A stretch of 63,886 bases of DNA, the filler included, from Coriobacteriales bacterium (GTDB taxonomy: Bacteria; Actinomycetota; Coriobacteriia; Coriobacteriales; UBA8131): the NCBI GenBank assembly GCA_031263105.1. It is 6 parts of 6 records of this genome, joined end to end, with 100 filler letters (N's around TTAATTAATTAA, not from the genome) between each part and the next. Parts side by side here need not be neighbours in the genome. Positions count along the whole stretch, not along the records: positions 29,494 to 48,449 come from JAISGJ010000163.1; 5 more parts are not named here. One strand, given 5' to 3'. Of the stretch, positions 29,719-40,700 are shown piece by piece. Numbering within the stretch: position 1 is the stretch's first letter; each line of letters starts with the position of its first letter. A model generated the notes under the pieces. It searched no databases. It saw only the letters and a list, made by a program, of their open reading frames with translations, and was not told the origin of the DNA. Both the position numbers and the translations under genes were made by a program.

Positions 29719-31608
29719 ATGGGGAATACAACTGTCTCATCACGTCGAAGCGGTGCTGGTCTGAGTGGCCTGGGAATTGGTGGGGGGATACGTGCGGCGT
29801 TGGCCGCGCTCCTGCTGACCCTGATGTTGGTGCCGACCACGGCCTATGCCGCAGAGTCGCAGGCGGTGACCGCCGACAGGGACGGGGTGGTGAACGTCGC
29901 CCTGTATTACATCTCTGACATCGACGGCACTGCTGTAAAGATTCATCTCGGCCCGGGCTTTCTTATCAACGACAGGCACCTGGTGACCAGCTATAACAAC
30001 GTCAATAACGTCCCCAATAACGGGGGCGCTTCCATTCTCGAACAGCGCTTCATGGACGAGTATGGCAGAGCAAAGGGGATTCTCAGCTTTCGCTCGGATC
30101 ACTTGGAAGCAAGGCTCGTTGTCATGCGGGACGTAGAAATCAAGCTGAGTGTGGTCAACCAGTCCGAAGAAATGGGCTTCAGCATCATGAGGCTCGAACA
30201 GCCCATCAGCGGCAGGACCGCGCTTGCGCTCGGTGACAGCGCGACGATTGCGCAGACCGCAGGCGTCTACGCCCTCGGCTTCCCGGTTCTGAGTACGACG
30301 GAGACGTACACCCCCGCTGACGTGACCATCGAGAGCGGTGCAGTTTCCAGGTCTCTCACCACCGTCAGAGGCATCGACTACATCCAGCACGATGCGAAGC
30401 TCCTCTCGGACGACAGCACAAGCGGCCTTCCCATCGGGGGTGGCAGCGACGGCGGCCCCTTGGTCGACGAGAACGGTGCGGTCGTGGGGATAAACACGCC
30501 CGACCGCAACTCCAACACCGACAGCGGCTTTAGCGGCGGCTACTATTACTCGGTCTCCATAAACCAGATCAAGAACGCCCTTGATGCCCTGAACATCAAT
30601 TACGATACCGCTGCGGAGGCCTCCACGCCCCAACCTGCAGGCGGCAGCTCCACCGGTTCCACGCCTGCGGATTCCACAGAGCCCGACACTCCCGTAGAGC
30701 CCGAGCCGATCGACAAGACGCATCTCACGGCGTGCATCGCCGAATTCACGCCGCTTGCGGACGACCTGAACGCCTACACGGAGGAGTCGGCAAGCCGTTT
30801 CACGGGCGCTCTCAATGCGGCAAAGGCGGTCGCAGCCGATGACACGGCGACCCAGAGGGAGGTGGACAGCTCCGTCAGCACGCTCACCGACGCGCGGCAG
30901 GGCCTCACGGAGAAACCCGGGCTGCCGTTGCCGCTCATACTCGGTATCGGGGCGGCTGCTGTGGTCGTCATAGCCGCTGTGGTCGTCATCGTCATCATCA
31001 ACTCGAAGAAGAAGAAGGCGGCGCCTCTGTCTCAGCCCTCCTTCCCCATGGGCGCCGCGCCGCCCTTCGCGGCCGCGCCGCCCTTCGCGGCCGGTGCCGC
31101 TCCTGCGGCGTCTTCCGGGTTCGATGCGCCCGCTGCCGCCCAGCAGCCGCTCTACACCCCCCCTGCCAACACCCCGAGCGGCGCACCTGCGGCACCCCCC
31201 AGCTTTCAGCCGCCCTCCTACGTGCCGCTTGCCTCCGCCATTGACACGGCAGGGGTGGGCGAGACGACCGTGCTCTATCCTGCGGTGGGCGAGACGAGCC
31301 TGCTCGGCGGCGGCCCGGATGTCATCCTGCTGCGGACGTCGAACGGCGAGCGAGTGCGCATAGACCGCGCCGAGTTCGTCATCGGCAAGGAGCGGAGCAA
31401 GGTGAACTACGTGATTCCTGACAACGGGACCATCTCGCGCCGCCATGCGAAGATCACCCAGCACGACGGCCAGTTCTTCATCACCGACCTGGGCACGACC
31501 AACTTCACCTTCGTCAACGGCAAGAAGATCGCGGCGAACATGGAGAGCCCCCTTGTGAACGGCGATAAGGTGACGCTCTCGGACGAAGAGTTCGTTTTCG
31601 AGGCGTAG
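29719..31608 (+). CDS. Membrane protein: signal peptide, trypsin-like domain with degenerate triad, FIVAR-like helical module, TM helix, Pro/Ala linker, C-terminal FHA domain
   Basis: GFLIN..LVTSYNNV, VYALGFP, GSDGGPLVDENGAVVGIN; YTEES...ALNAAKAV..D..ATQ.EVD; IGKE...ISRRHA...DLGTTNFTFVNG. Confidence 0.88.
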   Translation: MGNTTVSSRRSGAGLSGLGIGGGIRAALAALLLTLMLVPTTAYAAESQAVTADRDGVVNVALYYISDIDGTAVKIHLGPGFLINDRHLVTSYNNVNNVPNNGGASILEQRFMDEYGRAKGILSFRSDHLEARLVVMRDVEIKLSVVNQSEEMGFSIMRLEQPISGRTALALGDSATIAQTAGVYALGFPVLSTTETYTPADVTIESGAVSRSLTTVRGIDYIQHDAKLLSDDSTSGLPIGGGSDGGPLVDENGAVVGINTPDRNSNTDSGFSGGYYYSVSINQIKNALDALNINYDTAAEASTPQPAGGSSTGSTPADSTEPDTPVEPEPIDKTHLTACIAEFTPLADDLNAYTEESASRFTGALNAAKAVAADDTATQREVDSSVSTLTDARQGLTEKPGLPLPLILGIGAAAVVVIAAVVVIVIINSKKKKAAPLSQPSFPMGAAPPFAAAPPFAAGAAPAASSGFDAPAAAQQPLYTPPANTPSGAPAAPPSFQPPSYVPLASAIDTAGVGETTVLYPAVGETSLLGGGPDVILLRTSNGERVRIDRAEFVIGKERSKVNYVIPDNGTISRRHAKITQHDGQFFITDLGTTNFTFVNGKKIAANMESPLVNGDKVTLSDEEFVFEA

Positions 31609-31630
31609 GGCCTCGGGCGCAGGGATCCGT

Positions 31631-32398
31631 TTGGACTTTATCAGCACATACCATACCGACGTGGGGATCAAGAAGAAGACGAACCAGGACTCGTTGTTCC
31701 TCGCGGAGGCACAGAGCGCCCAGGGCAAGGTGTTCCTCGCGGTGATATGCGACGGCATGGGAGGGCTCTCCCAGGGCGAGGTGGCAAGCGCCGCGCTGGC
31801 GAGGGCCTTCCAGGACTGGTTCCGGACGGAACTCCCTCACCTGCTCCAGGAGGGCATCGCCTCCGAGGCACTCTGTGCCAGCTGGCACCAGCTCATCAAC
31901 GGGATGAACACGAGGGTGCTGGAGTACAGCGCACTCAACCATGTGAGCCTGGGGACGACGGTCGTTGCGCTCCTGCTTGTGGAAGGACGCTTCTTCATCC
32001 TTAACGTGGGGGACTCGCGTGTCTATCGTTTCTTCGATGCCCTGCTCCAACTGACGAAGGACCAGACGGTGGTTCAGAGCGAGGTCGACAGGGGCCTGCT
32101 CACGCCCGAGCAGGCGCAGCAGGACTCCCGGCGCAACGTGCTGCTCCAGTGCGTGGGCGCAAGCACGGTCGTCGAGCCGGAGTTCACGCAGGGCAGCTTT
32201 GAGCCGGGCTCGCTGTTCATGCTGTGTTCGGACGGCTTCCGGCACCTGATCACGCCTGCTGAGTTCTGGGAGGCGCTCGACCCTGGGCAGGAAGCTGACG
32301 AGCAGCAACTCTATAACAGCATCGTTTATCTGACGGACATGAACAAGTACCGCCGTGAGGAGGACAACATCTCGGCGATCGTGGTGAAGGCGCAGTAG
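31631..32398 (+). CDS. PP2C-family Ser/Thr phosphatase
   Basis: NQDS, CDGMGG, NVGDSRVY, LCSDG, DNIS. Confidence 0.93.
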   Translation: MDFISTYHTDVGIKKKTNQDSLFLAEAQSAQGKVFLAVICDGMGGLSQGEVASAALARAFQDWFRTELPHLLQEGIASEALCASWHQLINGMNTRVLEYSALNHVSLGTTVVALLLVEGRFFILNVGDSRVYRFFDALLQLTKDQTVVQSEVDRGLLTPEQAQQDSRRNVLLQCVGASTVVEPEFTQGSFEPGSLFMLCSDGFRHLITPAEFWEALDPGQEADEQQLYNSIVYLTDMNKYRREEDNISAIVVKAQ

Positions 32399-32511
32399 GC
32401 GCAGGAGGCGCGGCAAGGGACGGGACACGGCGGGATACGGGGGATACAAGCGGGGTACAAGCGGGGCACGGGCGGGACACGGCGAGAGACAGGGACAGGG
32501 CAGGGCGCAAC

Positions 32512-34275
32512 GTGTTGGAAGTCGGCACACTCATAGACGGCAAGTACAAGGTGCTCAACCAGATAGGACGAGGCGGCATGAGCGTCGTCTACCTGGTCAT
32601 GAACGAGCGCGCCAACAAACAGTGGGCGGTCAAGGAGATCCGCAAGGACGGCGTGGACAACTACGAGATCGTCAAGCAGAGCCTCATCGCCGAGACCGAA
32701 TACCTCAAGCGTCTGCACCACGCCAACCTCCCTTCCATCGTCGACGTCATCGATGCCGACGACACCATCCTCATCGTCATGGACTACATCGAGGGCAACT
32801 CCCTGAACCAGGCGCTCAGGGACTACGGGGCCCTGCCTCAGGACGACGTGGTGAAGTGGGCCAAGCAGCTCGCCGACGTGTTGGGCTACCTCCACGCGCG
32901 CAAGCCTCCGATAATCTATAGGGACATGAAGCCCTCCAACGTGATGCTCCAGCCCAACGGGGACGTGAAGATAATCGACTTCGGCACGGCGCGCGAGTTC
33001 AAGGAGGGACGCTCCGACGACACCGTGCCCCTGGGCACCCAGGGCTATGCGGCGCCCGAGCAGTACGGAAAGCACCAGACGGACGCGCGCACCGACATCT
33101 ACAACCTGGGGGCCACGATGTATCACCTGGTCACCGGGCACAACCCCTGCGAGCCGCCCTATGTGATGCATCCCATCCGTCGATGGAACCCCCAGCTCTC
33201 CTCCGGCCTTGAAAGCATCATCCTCAAGTGCACGCAGCGCGACCCCGACGACCGTTATGCCTCCTGCGCCGAGCTGCTGTACGACCTCGAGCACTACCGT
33301 GAGCTGGACTACGAGTACCGCAGGAAGCGCACCGTCCAGTGGCGCCTGTTTTTGGCCGCCGCCGTGCTCGCGCTGCTCAACGCCCTGGGTGCGGGCGGAT
33401 TCGCCTTCGCGGAGCAGGCCCAGTTGCAAAGTAGCTACGACGTTCTGTTGCAGAGGGCCCAAGAGCAGGGCGCGGGCGGCGACGTCTCGACGGTAGGGGA
33501 CTACTACTGGCAGGCCATCATGCTCGACCCTGTCAACGAGAGGGCCTACAACAGCTTCCTCGACCTCGCGAAGCGCGACCAGGCCTTCGGCAGGGACGAG
33601 AACGAGATGCTGCAGAGGATGCTCTCCGAGCGCACCAGCGACGGTGCCGCGACCAACGTAGAGCGCTTCAAGGCCCGCAACCCCGTCGCCTACGACGCCT
33701 TCGCCTACGATTTGGGCATCGCGTACTACTTTGCCTACGACGAGCGGGGCGGAGGCAGCGAGGGCGGGCAGGGCGACAAGGGCAAGGCCGAGGGCTGGCT
33801 CGGCATCGCGGCGGACTCGGAAACGCTCGACGTGCAGAAGAGCGAGCTGGCGCGTCGTCTCGCCTTCATCGCCACGAACTATGAGCGCTTTTTAAACCCC
33901 AGCGGGGGTGGCAAGGGGAGCGTGCTGAACTCCGAAGAGGTCAGCGCCCGTGACATCTGGACGCAGATGGCGGAATTCAGCGACGGCGACCTCGTCGCCA
34001 CGACCGGCTCCACCTTTGTGGCCATCAAGATCTACTCCGAGGTCATCTACCAGATATACGCACACAACAGCCTCTTCGCAGGAGACGGCGTGACCGAGGC
34101 AGAGATGCTCGGGCAGCTCGACAAGGCGGAGCGTGGCCTTGAAGGGCTGAGCACCCAGAGCGCCGACGAGCAGCAGGAGATAGACGCTGCGCTGGTGCAG
34201 GTCGTGTCTGCCCGGACGAACGTGGGGACCGCCTTCAGGAACCGAGGCTTCAACGGGGGAGGGCAGTCCTCGTGA
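32512..34275 (+). CDS. Hanks-type Ser/Thr kinase with TM helix and helical C-terminal domain
   Basis: GRGGMS, AVKE, YRDMKPSN, DFG, GTQGYAAPE; TM LFLAAAVLALLNALGAGGFAFA. Confidence 0.95.
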   Translation: MLEVGTLIDGKYKVLNQIGRGGMSVVYLVMNERANKQWAVKEIRKDGVDNYEIVKQSLIAETEYLKRLHHANLPSIVDVIDADDTILIVMDYIEGNSLNQALRDYGALPQDDVVKWAKQLADVLGYLHARKPPIIYRDMKPSNVMLQPNGDVKIIDFGTAREFKEGRSDDTVPLGTQGYAAPEQYGKHQTDARTDIYNLGATMYHLVTGHNPCEPPYVMHPIRRWNPQLSSGLESIILKCTQRDPDDRYASCAELLYDLEHYRELDYEYRRKRTVQWRLFLAAAVLALLNALGAGGFAFAEQAQLQSSYDVLLQRAQEQGAGGDVSTVGDYYWQAIMLDPVNERAYNSFLDLAKRDQAFGRDENEMLQRMLSERTSDGAATNVERFKARNPVAYDAFAYDLGIAYYFAYDERGGGSEGGQGDKGKAEGWLGIAADSETLDVQKSELARRLAFIATNYERFLNPSGGGKGSVLNSEEVSARDIWTQMAEFSDGDLVATTGSTFVAIKIYSEVIYQIYAHNSLFAGDGVTEAEMLGQLDKAERGLEGLSTQSADEQQEIDAALVQVVSARTNVGTAFRNRGFNGGGQSS

Positions 34276-34706
34276 GCTTGGAGAGGATGCAGGAGACCAT
34301 CGCCCTGCTGCACGGCGGCATCATAGTCTGCATCGTCCTGGCGGTGTTCTTCTTGGGGCTCGCCGTCCTGTTCTTCTTCCGCTTTCACATCCTCCAGATA
34401 ATCCAGCAAAAGACCGGCGTGACGGCCCGGCGGGAGCTTGCCGCCTTCAACGAGCAGAACAGCATGGCCACGGGCCAACTGGCGAGGAGCAACAGCATCG
34501 CGCTGGGGGAGCGGACTCCGGCGGGTCTCGCGGCCGCGCCCTCGAAGGGGCTGGGGAAGCCCCGCTCTCGCCGCCTCGGCTCGAAGAGGCTCAGCGGTGC
34601 TCCGCCACCCGCCCCGCCTCCGCTGCAACCCCCGCCTCCGGTACCGGAGGGGTTCGTACTGATAAAAGAAGCACTCGTCATTCACACCGACGCAGGGATA
34701 TCCTAA
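34272..34706 (+). CDS. Single-TM hypothetical protein
   Basis: GTGA overlap with the kinase stop; N-terminal TM; Pro-rich tract; C-terminal FVLIKEALVIHTD. Confidence 0.75.
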   Translation: MSLERMQETIALLHGGIIVCIVLAVFFLGLAVLFFFRFHILQIIQQKTGVTARRELAAFNEQNSMATGQLARSNSIALGERTPAGLAAAPSKGLGKPRSRRLGSKRLSGAPPPAPPPLQPPPPVPEGFVLIKEALVIHTDAGIS

Positions 34707-34724
34707 AAGAGAGGGGCACCAACG

Positions 34725-37700
34725 ATGAAGAAGCAGACGCAGGAGCCAAGGGAGCGCGTGCGGAACGCACAAGGCGCACAAGGCGCACAAGGCGCACAGG
34801 GTGCGCGGAACGCACGGGCCGTGCGGAACGTGCGGAGGCGGGAGCCGGCCAAGAGGGCGTTGAGCGTGCTCTGCTCCTTGGCGCTCGTTGCCACGCTCGT
34901 CCCCGCGAACCTCGTGTTCGCGACCGACGCGGCCGCGAAGGACACGTCCCCACAGGGAACCGTCTTCGACACGCCGGTTGCGGACAGGGCCGCCCCGGCA
35001 GCGGCGGAGGAGGAAACGGCCCCAGCAGATGAAGTGGCAGAGGATGCGCCCATATCCGAGGATGCCAAATTCCCCTCCCTCGGAGGGGTGCCCCGAAGGG
35101 GCGGGGTGGTTTCCCCCGATGCGGATGCCACACCTGCTCCCGCCACGGAGGCTCTCCCCGATGCGGATTCCGCACCCACTTCGATTCCAGAGGCAACGGA
35201 TGCTGCGTCTGAGACCACCCCGGCGCTTCGCGCCACCCCTCCGGAGGAGGGGAATGTCGATGCCGCAGCATCGAACGCGGCAAAGGACGCAGAGATCCCG
35301 GCAGCAGAGGATGCCCCATTCCCCTCCGGAGGGGCGGCGCAGAGCGCCGGGGTGGTTCTCCCCGACGCGGGCTCCGCACCCGCCTCCGCCTCCACGACCC
35401 AAGGCGCCTCCACCCTCCAAAGCCAGCTCGACGCCCGCTCCTTCATCCCCTCCCGCACCGCCAAGAGCCTGGGCTTCTCAATACAGAGCGCGGAGGACTA
35501 TGAAGTCACGGCAAGCGCGGTGACCGTGAGCACTTCGGTTTCTCCTACCGCTGTCGAGCCCGATATCACCATTACGGCCACGGGCAATCCGTCGGACACG
35601 CTGACGATCCCTTTCACCGACCTTACGACGGCAAACGGGATAGAGCTCGACTGGGATGCGGCAGGCTTCAAAGGGAGTGCTGGGACCGCCTATGAGACGG
35701 GATGGACGTTTGAGGATGCAAGCCCCAGCGGCAAGCAGATCTCATGGTCGGGTGCGACTCTCGGATACGCCCGCTACCAAGTTGACTTGCAGGGCGCCAA
35801 GCTGAAGGTCACCAACAGCGGCGGTGAGTTCGACGCCTATCTCTCCAGCAAAAGCGTCTCATGGATTTCTGGCGTATCTGATTTGGACGCAGCGAGCGTC
35901 AATGATGTACCTGTGCAGTTCGACCTCACCGGCATCTCGGGGGCGGCGACTGCGGTGCTCGCCGACGCTTCCTCCCTATCATACGTCATCAGCAGCACCA
36001 ACTCACTGGATGCCGACATCTCCGTCGTGGTCACAGAAGCCAGCCAAACAAAGCTCGGCATCGTCAAAGTAGAGGGGCAGATGCAGTACGACAGCGGCGG
36101 CGGCAACTGGCAGGACGTCGGCAGCCCAATCCCGTTTGACGTCTCCGGCGCTCCCGCATACGAGGGCTCCGCCTACCTCTTTCCCACATTCGCCGAACTG
36201 GGCACTCTCAGCGACTCGGAAGGACTGACGCTCACAGGGAAGATACCGTCCAGCAACGGCACAGCCTATGATACCAACCCCCCCTCACGGATGGCGGTCA
36301 CCGTGACCTTCGCCGACGGCACGTCCCAGTCCGCTTCCTCCCCAATCACGGGCATCACCGTGACAGACGACACGGCAGCCCCGACGGTGACGTTGGAATT
36401 TTACGCAGGAACACAAAACCCTTCCACTGAATCCTCCTCCTACTACTACACCGCACGGTCTCTGAAGCTCACCATCGACGACAACGGCATCGAGCTTCCT
36501 CCCGTATATCTGGCCTCGACCTATTCTCCTGACAACGCAGGGCTTATCGAGGCAGCCAGCGCGGACGCTGCTTCGGAATGGGAGAAAGACGACGCCACCA
36601 GCACTTCCAGCAAACTGGTCTTCACGATGGAGCTGCCCGAAGGGGTGTACGACTTCGCTACCACCACTGACGGCTTCGGCGATGCTCTGGACGATTATCT
36701 GCTCACGATTACGGATGCGGGCGGGAACACTCCTGCCACAACCGTTTTCAGCGAATCCATCAAAGCCTTCACCGTCGACGACACGCCGCCCACCGCGACC
36801 ATAACCGGTGTCGCAAGCTTGGGCAATGACCTCGAAGAGAACGGCCTTGAGACCGACCGTTCCGTCACGTATGGGGACTCCGGCAAAAGCTCGTCCGTCA
36901 CTCTCGTGGGCACAGACGCAGGCTCGGACGTGTGGAAGTACACATGGGTGCGCCTCTCCGAGGCCGACTATGCGGGCATCAGCGGCGCGATGCCGTTCTC
37001 GGGCCTCGTGAGCAGCCATTCAGGCAGTAGCGACGTGATCGATGCAACGGACGGGAGCTTCGACCCGAACAACGACCTCAAACTTGATCGGGGCGGCGAC
37101 GACCGCTTCGTCTACGTGCTCCAAGTGATGGACAAGGCAGGCAACACCGCCTACGCCATCTCCAACGGCATCATCGTCGATACTGCGCCCCCGAAGATTC
37201 TTGCGGATTCGATTGTGGTCATGGGTACGGAGGCAAACGGTTTCTATACCGGCGACGTAACTGTGGGCTTCCAGGCCTACGACGACGAGCAGGACGCCGC
37301 TACGGGGACGTCTCAAAAGACCGCTTCTGGCTTGGCAGGGGTGGCCTACGAGCTGTATTACCTCGATGCGAACGGATATAGGGTCGGCGGGGTCACCGCG
37401 CCGTTCAGCTCGGGCGATGCCGCACTGACTGCTGCCCATGCTGCTGAGGATCTTAGTGATAACCTTAATCCGACGTGGGATGAGATACAGGAGAGCTGCA
37501 AATCCACTTCCACCGACGCCTGGGAGTACGAGTTCGCCATTTCGGCGGCGGACGACTACGACCTCTACCCCGGGGTCGAGATCGTGCTCACGGCCACCGA
37601 CCGTGCGGGCAACAGCAACGACCCGGTCAACGGTGCCGATGCTGACGATGCCAAGAAGGAAATCAAGATAGACGCCACGAAACCGAAGGTCGAGCTCAGC

Positions 37701-40700
37701 TTCGACGAGAACGACAAGGCGAACACCTCCAGCGGGGTACCGGTGTACAAGCTCGGCCGCACGGCCACCATCACGGTCACCGAGATGAACTTCGATCCCG
37801 ACGGCGCCAATACCTTCGCCGTGCTGTATAAAGCCTACGAACCGGTGTTGTCCACTACAGAAATTGCCTCCATGACACTCAGCGCTACCGATTGGAACTC
37901 TCTCGGCGGCAGCAAGAAGGACGACACCAAGTATCAGGCAACCATCATCTTCCCCGACGGCGACTACCGCTTGGAGGATTTGTGGGTCACCGATGCAGCG
38001 GGCCATAAGACCGACGAGGCGGTGCCTGCGGATTGGACTAGCTCCGACTTCACGCTTGCCTTTGGAACCAAAGACTACGACAACTTCATCGTTGACACCG
38101 CGGCCCCGAAGGTGACGTTGGAATTTGACGCAGGAACACAAAACCCTTCCACTGAATCATCCACCACCTACTACACCAAAAGGACCGCGAAGCTCACCAT
38201 CGACGACGGCATCTCTCCGCTCCCTGACACATATCAGGACAGCGACCTACCCAGCACTGCCCTCATCGAGAAGGCAGGCGCGACTCCTGGTTCGTGGGTT
38301 AAGGACGCTGTCAACAGCACTGCTGAAAAGCTGGTTTTCACGATGGAGTTGCTCGAAGGGAACTACGACTTCACCAACCAAGGCTTCATCGCTGAGGTGG
38401 ACACCTATCTGGCCACCATTGTGGACATAGGCACGAACAGCCCGCTCAGAGCCTCTGACTTCACGTTCACCGCGACCCCCAAAATCTTCACCGTCGACCA
38501 TACGGCCCCCACTTCGGCCATGGACATCGCAGCTTCGGACGATGCTTGGGGCGCTCCTTCTCTTGAGGATGGCATCGCCTACGGGAACGTGGGCCAGACC
38601 TCGACGGCCATCTTCAGGGGCACGGACGAGGACGCGAGCGTGAACTCGGGCGTGTGGAAGTACCGGTACGTGAGGCTCACCCCGGTCGAGTATGCGGCCA
38701 TCAACGGCAGCACGGACTTTGATACCCTTTACACCACTACTGAAAGCAACGACAGCAGCAATGTCGGCACCAAGGACTCGGACCCCCTTGACCCCTTCGA
38801 GGCGACCCAGCCCCCCGACGCCCGGTTCGTCTACGTGCTGCAGGTGCTGGACAAGGCGGGCAACGCCGCCTACTGCATCTCCAGCGGCACCATCGTCGAT
38901 ACGACGGAACCGGCGATTGACACCTCCGATGGCGACAAGTCCATCAAGGTGTTCGCGCCCAACGCGCTTGACGTGGATGACTTCGTCACTGCGGACGCCA
39001 CGGTGAGCTTCAAGGCCTACGACGTGGAGAACGCTGCAACCGGATGGCAGGGCGTCGCAACCGCCTCCGGCCTTGCGAAGGCGGACTGGAAGCTCTACGG
39101 GATCGATGCGGGCGGCAACAGGGTGGGCAATCCGTTCAAGGTGGGCACTGCCGTCTGGGACGCCAACGGCCAGACGGCGCTTGACGCGGGCTCGACATGG
39201 GCCGACATACAGAAAAGCCTCGACACTTCGACCCCTTGGGACTACCACTTCGAGATAGGGAGCCCCCTCAGCGACTACGACCGCTACCCCCAGGTCGAGA
39301 TCGAGGTCACGGCCACCGACCGCGCAGGCAACGAGAGCGCCCCGGTGTCGAGGAAGGTCAGGATAGACGCCACGAAGCCGAAGGTCGAGCTCAGCTTCGA
39401 CGAGAACGACAAGGTGGCCACCTACAGCGGGGTGCCGGTGTACAAGGTCGGCCGCATGGCCACCCTCACCCTCACCGAGCTGCACTTCGACCCCCGCAAG
39501 CCCGCCTCGTACCGCATCGCCTACGACGCGTACAAGCCGATGACGCAGGGCATCGACCCCAACAGGGCACAGCCTGCCGTCAGCGCCTGGACGCTCGTCG
39601 GCGGGGCGGTGGGCAACAAGGACAGCACCACGTACCAAGCCACCGTCACCTTCCCGGACGGCGACTACCATCTGAACAGCCTGTGGGTCGTCGATGAGGC
39701 GGGCCATCGCACGGACGTGGCAGTGCCCGCAGACCTGGCAGGCGGCGACGTCACGCTCGGCACCGATGTCTACGACTTCGTCATCGACACGGTCGAGCCT
39801 GTGCTCGCCCTCTCGTATCCCACGGAGCTTGTCAGCCCCGCCCGCTACGACAAGACCTACTTCCAGGACCGCAAGGCCCGGGTCGTGATAACGGACGAGG
39901 GCGGCTTCAGACTCTCGCCGGATGGCTACACGATAGAGTACCAAAGGGACGGCAAGCCGGTCTTCGCCTCCCTCACGAGGACTGACAACTACACCCTGAG
40001 CTGGGACCTCGACCTCGGCGATGCCGTGCGGTACGACTTCAGCGGCATTACCGTGACGGCCACGGCGCGCGACCGGGCGCACACCGCGCCCGTGGGCGGC
40101 CAGGGCTTCTCCGCATCCGACATCAACGTCTTTGCGGTGGACGGCGTGAGGCCAAGGGGCGACATACGGCTCGACGACGCTTCCATCGCGTCCAACCCCG
40201 CCAGATCGGAGGCCCGCTACGCTGACTCGCGCTCGAAGCAGAGCGTGACCGTCGAGCTTGCAGGCAACGATGCCGAGGGCACCGGCGTGCAGAAGTACGA
40301 GTACTTCCGCGCCACGCCCGAGGAGGTCGAGGCGATACCCGACGACGTCCGCTTCGACGCTCTGGAGGCGCGTTTCTCCAGCACCGCAGTGGCCATGGTT
40401 CTGCCTGCCTCGCTGCCTGCCGCAGAGCGGACGTTCACGAGGAGCGACACCCAGGACAAGAACGACCGCTACGTCTACGTGCTCAAGGTCACGGACATGG
40501 CGGGCAACGCCGACTATTGGGCAAGCAACGGCATCATCACCGACACCTCCGTGCCAGACGTGCCCACCTTCACCTTCACGGGCACGGACCGCACAGGCAA
40601 CGGCATCTTCTCCAGCGACGTGCGCGTGCGTTTCGAGGCCAACGACCGCACGAGGGCGGCTGCGACCGGCAGCGCACAGACGGCTTCCGGCCTCACGGCG

